DNA of 64,000 nt from Microcella sp. (GTDB lineage: Bacteria > Actinomycetota > Actinomycetes > Actinomycetales > Microbacteriaceae), in the NCBI RefSeq assembly GCF_040286215.1, contig NZ_JAVKCK010000029.1:25879-89878 (forward strand), read 5' to 3'. The position numbers and the translations under genes are program-made. This document shows, one piece after another, positions 27,700-32,955 of the stretch. The notes under the pieces were generated by a model. The model was not told the origin of the DNA and made no database searches. It saw nothing but the letters and a program-made list of their open reading frames with translations. Within the stretch, counting starts at the first letter, position 1, and each line of letters opens with the position of its first letter.

Positions 27700-28313
27700 T
27701 CCGCGTGCTCGTCGCCGATGACCACGCGGTCGTGCGTGCCGGCATCGTCTCGCTCCTCGAGGCCGAGGACGGCATCGAGGTGGTCGGGGAGGCGGTCGAC
27801 GGTGAGGATGCCGTGGGTCGCGCTCTCGAGCTCCGCCCCGATCTCGTCGTCATGGACGTGCGGATGCCAGGGCTCACGGGCGACCAGGCGACGGCGCGCA
27901 TCCGCGAGAAGGCGCCTGAGGTGCGCGTGCTCGTGCTCACGACCTACGAGTCGGATGCGAGCATCCTCGCCGCGATCGAGGCGGGGGCGAGCGGCTATCT
28001 GCTCAAGGCGGCCCCGGCGGAGGAGCTCGTCGCGGGTGTGCGCTCGGTCGCGGCCGGGGAGGTGGCGCTCTCGCCGTCGATCGCCGCGCAGCTCGTGACG
28101 CGCATGCGCGAGCCGGCGCCCGCGGCGCTCACGCCGCGCGAGACGGAGGTGCTGGGGCTCGTCGCCGAGGGGCTCAGCAACCGGCAGATCGGCGAGCGCC
28201 TCTTCCTCGGCGAGGCGACCGTGAAGACGCACCTGCTGCGCACCTTCGAGAAGCTCGGGGTGAGCGACCGTACGCGCGCCGTGACCCTCGCGATGGAGCG
28301 CGGACTCCTGTAG
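27696..28313 (+). CDS. LuxR/NarL family response regulator
   Basis: GTGA overlap with the kinase stop. Receiver domain (IRVLVADDHAVVRAGI...DLVVMDVRMPGLTG) plus LuxR HTH (LTPRETEVLGLVAEGLSNRQIGERLFLGEATVKTHL). Confidence 0.93.
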   Translation: MIRVLVADDHAVVRAGIVSLLEAEDGIEVVGEAVDGEDAVGRALELRPDLVVMDVRMPGLTGDQATARIREKAPEVRVLVLTTYESDASILAAIEAGASGYLLKAAPAEELVAGVRSVAAGEVALSPSIAAQLVTRMREPAPAALTPRETEVLGLVAEGLSNRQIGERLFLGEATVKTHLLRTFEKLGVSDRTRAVTLAMERGLL

Positions 28314-28353
28314 CCGACAGCGCAGCGGCCACAGCGTGATCGCCGCGCGGCGT

Positions 28354-28450
28354 CTCCACAATTCAGGAGTTTCTGCAGCCGGTGCCTGGTGACATGCCGA
28401 CGGCGCCCCCGTGCGGGCCATTCGGCGGCCCTCACTCCTGAATTGTGGAG
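28354..28450. repeat. 17-bp perfect inverted repeat with 63-nt spacer
   Basis: CTCCACAATTCAGGAGT (28354-28370) and ACTCCTGAATTGTGGAG (28434-28450), in the 170-nt gap between the convergent response regulator and murB genes. The arms are AT-richer than the surrounding sequence. Confidence 0.85.
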
Positions 28451-28483
28451 GTCACAGCCTCGCGTGGGTGGGGTGGGCGGGGC

Positions 28484-29581
28484 CTACAGCTCGACGCCGA
28501 CGAAGACCGGCTCGGGGTGCAGCACGACCCCGAACTCGCTCATGACGCGCGTCTGGATGTACCGGGCGAGCTCGGCCAGCTCTGCCGCGGTCGCTCCGCC
28601 GGTGTTGACGAGCGCGAGCGTGTGCTTGCGCGAGACGGCGGCGCGGGAGGCACCGAGGCAGAACCCGCGGCGGATGCCCGAGTGCTCGATGAGCCAGGCG
28701 GCGCTGAGCTTCACGGTTCCCTCGACGGCGGGCGGCGGCGGGGCGGGCTCGGCACCGAGCGGCACCGCCCGCGCGGGCGCCTCGGTCTGCTGGGCCCAGC
28801 GCGGGGCCGCGGCTGGCAGGGTGCGCGCGAAGGCCTCGCTCACGATGGGGTTGGTGAAGAACGATCCGGCGCTCACCGAGTCGGGGTCGTCGGGGTCGAG
28901 CACCATGCCTTTGGAGGCGCGCAACGAGAGCACGGCGGCGCGCACGCCCTTCAGCGGCGCGCTGTCGCCGATCTCGACCCCGAGGGCGTCGGCGAGCTGG
29001 GCGTAGCGCACGGGTCGGCTGCGGGCATCCTCGTCTCCCAGAGCGAGGTCGATGCTCAGCACGACCGCGCGGCGCCCCTGCTTGATGGTGCTCGTGCGGT
29101 AGCCGAGCTCGAGCAGCGGCGCCGGCCAGGTGGCGCGCTCGCCCGAGTCGAGGTCGAGCACCTCGACGGCGATGAGGCTCTCGGCGAGCTCCTGACCGTA
29201 GGCGCCGATGTTCTGGATGGGGGCGGCTCCGCACGACCCGGGGATGCCCGACAGGGCCTCCACGCCCGACCACCCCTGGCGCACGGTGTGGTCGACGAGC
29301 GCCTCCCACGGCTCCCCGGCCTGCACCCGCAGGCGGATTGGGCGGCGTGAGCCCGCGGCATCCGGCAGTCGCTCGATGCCGCGCGTGGCGACCCGCACGA
29401 CGACGCCCTCGACACCGTCGTCGCCGACGAGGACGTTGGAGCCGCCGCCGAGCACGAGCCACGGCTCGCCCACACGGTCGGCCTCGAGCACCGTCTGCAT
29501 GATCTCGTCGGTCTCGGTGGCGTCGACGAAGCGCTCGGCTTCGCCGCCGATGCGCAGGGTCGTGAGCTCGCTCAGCCTCAT
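28484..29581 (-). CDS. murB: UDP-N-acetylmuramate dehydrogenase
   Basis: 365 aa. MRLSELTTLRIGGEAERFV...LVLGGGSNVLV (FAD-binding PCMH domain) and ...SAGSFFTNP... (MurB C-terminal domain). Confidence 0.93.
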   Translation of the reverse strand: MRLSELTTLRIGGEAERFVDATETDEIMQTVLEADRVGEPWLVLGGGSNVLVGDDGVEGVVVRVATRGIERLPDAAGSRRPIRLRVQAGEPWEALVDHTVRQGWSGVEALSGIPGSCGAAPIQNIGAYGQELAESLIAVEVLDLDSGERATWPAPLLELGYRTSTIKQGRRAVVLSIDLALGDEDARSRPVRYAQLADALGVEIGDSAPLKGVRAAVLSLRASKGMVLDPDDPDSVSAGSFFTNPIVSEAFARTLPAAAPRWAQQTEAPARAVPLGAEPAPPPPAVEGTVKLSAAWLIEHSGIRRGFCLGASRAAVSRKHTLALVNTGGATAAELAELARYIQTRVMSEFGVVLHPEPVFVGVEL

Positions 29582-29591
29582 GGCAGCCGGG

Positions 29592-30029
29592 TCAGTGCGC
29601 GCTGATGCGCACCTGCGCCTTGCCGAGCACGGTCTGGCCCTCGTAGACGGCGGCGAGGTCGAGGCGGGCGCCCGCGTCGTCGATCGCCCCCACGGTGGTG
29701 GTGATGGTCACCTCGGCGCCCGCCTGCGGGTCGACGACGACGGGGCGCGTGAAGCGCACCTGGTAGTCGCTCACCCAGCCGCGGCCGTCGAGCCAGTCGA
29801 CGACGGGCTGCACGGCGACGCCCATCGTGAGCATGCCGTGCGCGAGCACGCCGGGCAGGCCCACCGAGGCGGCGACGTCGTCGCGGTAGTGGATGGGGTT
29901 GAAGTCGCCGCTCGCTCCCGCGTAGCGCACGAGCGTGTCGCGGCTGAGGGCGAAGGTCTGCTCGGCGACGACCTGGCCTACCTCGAGGCCCAGGGACTCC
30001 GCGATCGACGGGCTCTCAGCAAGGCTCAC
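29592..30029 (-). CDS. MaoC family dehydratase (HadB-like hot-dog subunit)
   Basis: The 400-aa track ORF was trimmed to GTG 30029, which overlaps the upstream stop (GTGA). ...RYAGASGDFNPIHYRDDVAASVGLPGVLAHGMLTMG... (hydratase 2 motif). Confidence 0.88.
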   Translation of the reverse strand: MSLAESPSIAESLGLEVGQVVAEQTFALSRDTLVRYAGASGDFNPIHYRDDVAASVGLPGVLAHGMLTMGVAVQPVVDWLDGRGWVSDYQVRFTRPVVVDPQAGAEVTITTTVGAIDDAGARLDLAAVYEGQTVLGKAQVRISAH

Positions 30030-30475
30030 GAGTCGTCCCCTCTCACGACGAGGGTCGAGACGCTCGTGACGACGTGCTCGCCGTCGGCGTCGACCATGGT
30101 GCTCTCGCTCGCGACCATGCTGTTGCCGCCGAGCGTCTTGATGCTCGTGACCCGCAGCGTGGCGGTGAGCTCGTCGCCCGCGACGATGGGGCGCGTGTAG
30201 CTGAAGCGCTGGTCGCCGTGCACGACGCGGCTGAAGTCGATGCCCGCGTCGGGCTCGGCGAGCAGCTGCTGCAGGGTCGCCTCGGCGATAACGATGGGAA
30301 AGGTCGGCGGGGCGACGACGTCCGCGTAGCCGGCGGCCTGCGCCGCGGCCGGGTCGTGGTGCAGCGGCGAGGTCGCGAGCACCGCGCGAGCGAACTCGCG
30401 AACCTTCTCGCGACCGACGAGGTACGGGGCCGTCGGCGCGAACGCGCGCTCGGTGAGGTCTGGGTTCACGGGCAC
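30026..30475 (-). CDS. MaoC-like dehydratase N-terminal-type subunit (HadA-like)
   Basis: 149 aa, GTG start. ...LVGREKVREFARAVLATSPLHHDPAAAQAAGYADVVAPPTFP... Paired and translationally coupled with the downstream hot-dog subunit, as for actinobacterial hadAB. Confidence 0.85.
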   Translation of the reverse strand: MPVNPDLTERAFAPTAPYLVGREKVREFARAVLATSPLHHDPAAAQAAGYADVVAPPTFPIVIAEATLQQLLAEPDAGIDFSRVVHGDQRFSYTRPIVAGDELTATLRVTSIKTLGGNSMVASESTMVDADGEHVVTSVSTLVVRGDDS

Positions 30476-30512
30476 CCGACCAGTGTAAGCGGCGGGCCGC
30501 GCCGGGCGAGCT

Positions 30513-30554
30513 GTGCTGGGTCGGCCGTGCTGGGCCGGCCGTGCTGGGCGGGCT
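30513..30554. repeat. 3 x 14-bp tandem repeat GTGCTGGGYCGGCC
   Basis: gtgctgggtcggcc / gtgctgggccggcc / gtgctgggcgggct, head to tail, ending at the stop codon of the APH-like gene and upstream of the HadA-like gene. Confidence 0.85.
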
Positions 30555-31468
30555 CAGAAGAGTGCGGTACCGAGGAGCCTGTCGAGGATGCTCCGCCCGA
30601 GCATCCTCTCGGCCGCGTGGCCGCGCCGCTCCCCGCGCACGAGCAGCTCGAGCCCGCGCACGGCCGCGACGGCGCCGAGCACGATCTCGTCGCGCTCGCT
30701 CGGCACGCGCCCGTATCCGTGCAGGAAGGCCGCGCGCAGGGCGGGCGCGTCGCGCCACGCCCCGTACTCGAGCCACAGCAGGTCGGCCGCCCACGGTTCG
30801 AACTCGAAGGCGGCGAAGTCGACGAAGCGCACGCGCCCGCCCGGGTCGACGACCCAGTGCCGCGGGTGCAGCTGGCGGTGCGCAGGCACGTGGTCGAGCG
30901 CGCCCAGGTCGAGGGCGGCGGCGACGTGCTGCCGGGCAGCGTGCCGCTCCTGCGCGCCGCGCTCACCCCACAAATCGTCGGCGAGGGTGCTCCAGCGCTC
31001 GAAGTCGGCGGCGATGATGGGCCCGAAGCGGTCGTGGCGCACGGGCGGCGCGGAGTCGTGCAGGCGCCGCAGCAGCTCGCCGGCGCGAGCGTGCACGGCC
31101 TCGTCGTGCGCGAGCGCGCAGCCCGCGGCCTGCTCGCCGAGCACGTGCGAGACGACCACGAGGCGCAGGGCCGGGTCGCTGAGAACGAGGCGCGGCGCGT
31201 CGCCGCTGAGCGCCGGGGTGTGGTGCTGCAGGGCCGTGTCTTCGCGGCGGTGCGGTAGAGCATCCCGATGCCATTTGACGACCGCGCGCTCCTCGCCGCG
31301 AGTGACGACCTGCAGCACCCGCGAGGCTCTGTGGGCGCCGTCGTGCTCGGCGACGACGTCGACGGGGCCGAGGGTGCGGTGCACCCGGTCGAGCACTTCG
31401 GCGTCGGAGGCGAGGCGCGTCGAGGGGCGCCCCAGTTCGGGCGTCAGCGCATCGACGGTGATGCTCAC
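30554..31468 (-). CDS. aminoglycoside phosphotransferase (APH)/protein-kinase-fold family protein, catalytic loop apparently degenerate
   Basis: ORF trimmed to GTG 31468 (GGGAGG 6 nt upstream). N-lobe ...RAVVKWHRD.... The catalytic-loop position reads HRQLHPRHW where the family has HxDxxxxN. The metal-binding DF (VRFVDFAAFEF) is retained. Confidence 0.75.
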   Translation of the reverse strand: MSITVDALTPELGRPSTRLASDAEVLDRVHRTLGPVDVVAEHDGAHRASRVLQVVTRGEERAVVKWHRDALPHRREDTALQHHTPALSGDAPRLVLSDPALRLVVVSHVLGEQAAGCALAHDEAVHARAGELLRRLHDSAPPVRHDRFGPIIAADFERWSTLADDLWGERGAQERHAARQHVAAALDLGALDHVPAHRQLHPRHWVVDPGGRVRFVDFAAFEFEPWAADLLWLEYGAWRDAPALRAAFLHGYGRVPSERDEIVLGAVAAVRGLELLVRGERRGHAAERMLGRSILDRLLGTALF

Positions 31469-31529
31469 GACCGGCCTCCCGTGATCCTCGCTCGTGCCTC
31501 GGCGGCGGCGGCCGCCGGATGGCACGAAA

Positions 31530-31556
31530 CCCCGGTCACCTCGTGGTGGACCGGGG
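31530..31556 (-). terminator. intrinsic-terminator-like hairpin after the 27-codon peptide gene
   Basis: Reverse strand CCCCGGTC-caccacgaggt-GACCGGGG followed by TTTCGTG, 38 nt after the TAG stop. Confidence 0.55.
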
Positions 31557-31594
31557 CCTCGGCAGAACTGTGATTCAGCTCGTGGGTGCGATGC

Positions 31595-31678
31595 CTACTG
31601 GCAGCTGTCGCACTGCAGCATGTCCATAGGGTCGACGGGAACGTCGTAGCCGCCCACGGTGTCGTTGTCGTTGTCCAT
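31595..31678 (-). CDS. 27-aa acidic peptide with C-terminal CxxC (MDNDNDTVGGYDVPVDPMDMLQCDSCQ), unknown family
   Basis: Found by hand; it is below the ORF-track size cut-off. AGGAGG (31685-31690) lies 6 nt before the ATG. 24 of 26 sense codons after the ATG end in G/C. It has its own promoter, operator and terminator. Confidence 0.55.
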   Translation of the reverse strand: MDNDNDTVGGYDVPVDPMDMLQCDSCQ

Positions 31679-31730
31679 TGCGGACCTCCTCGGTGATGTG
31701 AATTCTCCGCCCCCGGCGGCTAGGGCTCTC

Positions 31731-31764
31731 ACTATATACAGGGAATGACACGGTTGTCATTCCC
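31731..31764 (-). promoter_or_regulatory. near-consensus promoter (ATGACA-18 nt-TATAGT) overlapped by a perfect 10+10 palindrome
   Basis: -10 TATAGT is the reverse complement of 31731-31736. -35 ATGACA is the reverse complement of 31755-31760. Palindrome GGGAATGACA-cggt-TGTCATTCCC at 31741-31764. The segment is locally AT-rich. Confidence 0.55.
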
Positions 31765-31868
31765 CTAGATGTTGTGTTTTCGGCGTGTCGCGCATCCCGT
31801 GATCCCCGGGCGCCGCCCAGTGGGCTCCCCCTACTCTGAGAGCATCGCCATCGTCACGTGAGGTCGCC

Positions 31869-32447
31869 ATGCCGCTCCCCGACTCCGCCCCGCGCTCGCC
31901 GCGTGATGCCGAGCGCCCGCACGTGCCGTCGAGCCCCGTCGAGGAGGGCGTGCTCGTCGCCCGGTCGGCCCTGCGGCTCGCCATCAAGAACCGCATCATC
32001 CTGCTCACGCTGCGCGACGAGACGCCGTGGAGCGACCTGACCATGATCGAGCTCGCTCGGCGCGAGATCGAGACGCTCCGAGAAGAGCTCACCCAGACCG
32101 CCGAGCGGCTCGAGGCGGCCAGCGCCACCCCCCGCCGACTGTTCGGGCTCTCCCGCCGCGCCGCCGCCAACAGGCGGCAGGACGCTGAGCATCAGCGCAC
32201 CCGCGCCCGCATCCTGCGCGGCGTCGTCGACCGACTGCGCGAGATCGAGGACGACCCCGCGCAGACGCACGCGCTGCTCGCCGTCGCCCGCGAGGAGACC
32301 CTCGCCGAACTCACGCAGGCCAGACTCATCCCCCGCGGCGCCGAACAGAGCGAGGAGGAGCGGCGCGCAAGCATCGATGCCGTCAAGGAGGACCTGCGCG
32401 AGATGCTCGCGCTGCAGCAGCTGCGCGACCTGCCGGAGGGGTATTGA
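31869..32447 (+). CDS. hypothetical protein, predicted coiled-coil, no domain recognised
   Basis: 192 aa. GAGG 6 nt before the ATG. Heptad-like charged segments (ELARREIETLREELTQTAERLEAA..., EERRASIDAVKEDLREMLALQQLRDL). Composition is coding-like, unlike the antisense shadow ORFs. Confidence 0.65.
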   Translation: MPLPDSAPRSPRDAERPHVPSSPVEEGVLVARSALRLAIKNRIILLTLRDETPWSDLTMIELARREIETLREELTQTAERLEAASATPRRLFGLSRRAAANRRQDAEHQRTRARILRGVVDRLREIEDDPAQTHALLAVAREETLAELTQARLIPRGAEQSEEERRASIDAVKEDLREMLALQQLRDLPEGY

Positions 32448-32476
32448 GTAGGCGAGAACTCCCACCACCTATTGCC

Positions 32477-32493
32477 GCGAGGACGGGACTCGA
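32477..32493 (-). repeat. 16/17-nt copy of the tRNA-Met 3' end (T-arm/acceptor fragment)
   Basis: gcgaggAcgggactcga versus gcgaggGcgggactcga at 32639-32655, same orientation, 145 nt beyond the tRNA 3' end. No full cloverleaf can be drawn around it. Confidence 0.7.
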
Positions 32494-32606
32494 TCCCTAC
32501 CGTGCCGCCGCCACGTCGCTGCGCGGCGCCGCGGACTGCGCGGTGGGGGCCCTGTCCTCATCGACAGCACGGTGGCTCTTGCCGACGCCCCGGTATAAGG
32601 AGGAAA

Positions 32607-32625
32607 GCCCCGCCAGTGGCGGGGC
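32607..32625. terminator. bidirectional GC hairpin downstream of tRNA-Met
   Basis: GCCCCGCC-agt-GGCGGGGC. On the reverse strand it is followed by TTTCCTCC. It lies 9 nt after the tRNA-Met CCA end. Confidence 0.6.
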
Positions 32626-32633
32626 CTTCTTCT

Positions 32634-32710
32634 TGGTAGCGAGGGCGGGACTCGAACCCGCGACACCACGATTATGAGCCGTGTGCTCTAACCACCTGAG
32701 CTACCCCGCC
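32634..32710 (-). tRNA. tRNA-Met (anticodon CAT, elongator type)
   Basis: Reverse strand GGCGGGGTAGCTCAGGTGGTTAGAGCACACGGCTCATAATCGTGGTGTCGCGGGTTCGAGTCCCGCCCTCGCTACCA. The cloverleaf was folded by hand (two G-U pairs in the acceptor stem). CCA is encoded. Confidence 0.9.
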
Positions 32711-32745
32711 GGGCAGGCCTCCCGCATTGTGTGCAAGAGCGCCAG

Positions 32746-32817
<72 letters not shown>

Positions 32818-32910
32818 GCGACCGTGCAGCCCGTAGGGCGAAACGGCACCGCAACAGATTAGCACCATGATTCCGGCCGATCTGCACCCCGGCCGACCCG
32901 GAAACGAGGA

Positions 32911-32924
32911 TGGAACCGTTTCCA
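32911..32924. promoter_or_regulatory. LacI-family operator candidate O3 upstream of the GH13 gene
   Basis: TGGAACCGTTTCCA, one mismatched pair from the same palindrome as O1/O2. It lies 19 nt upstream of the -10 box of the alpha-glucosidase gene, where a -35 element would sit. Confidence 0.45.
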
Positions 32925-32942
32925 CATCGCGCACGTTGGCCG

Positions 32943-32948
32943 TATCGT
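32943..32948 (+). promoter_or_regulatory. -10 box TATCGT, leaderless-type promoter of the GH13 gene
   Basis: TATCGT-ggtcgtc-ATG (7 nt). Supports ATG 32956 rather than GTG 32947 as the start. Confidence 0.45.
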
Positions 32949-32955
32949 GGTCGTC

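Noticed and set aside
30513-30554. Possible CRISPR array (also considered for the repeat clusters at 18041-18156 and 50507-50575)
   Set aside because: The repeats are 8-17 nt, directly adjacent or irregularly spaced, with no unique spacers of 25-40 nt and no cas genes.
31595-31678. Lasso-peptide precursor reading of the 27-aa peptide (Thr at -2, Gly1, Asp8 of a GGYDVPVD... core, two Cys)
   Set aside because: The pattern fits superficially, but the leader would be only 8 residues and lacks the usual recognition motif. No lasso cyclase (Asn-synthetase-like), leader peptidase or RRE gene is present anywhere in the window. It is kept only as a remote possibility.
31575-31760. 61-aa track ORF (MTTVSFPVYSESPSRRGRR...) overlapping the small-peptide locus
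   Set aside because: It is in a different frame from the 27-codon ORF, has no RBS, starts inside the palindrome/promoter, and is Arg-rich. The 27-codon frame has AGGAGG and proper codon bias.
32448-32633. Search for rpmG (L33) or a further tRNA/structured RNA downstream of tRNA-Met
   Set aside because: No frame on either strand resembles L33. The tRNA-like segment is only a 17-nt fragment that cannot be completed into a cloverleaf. I saw no tmRNA, SRP or RNase P signature.
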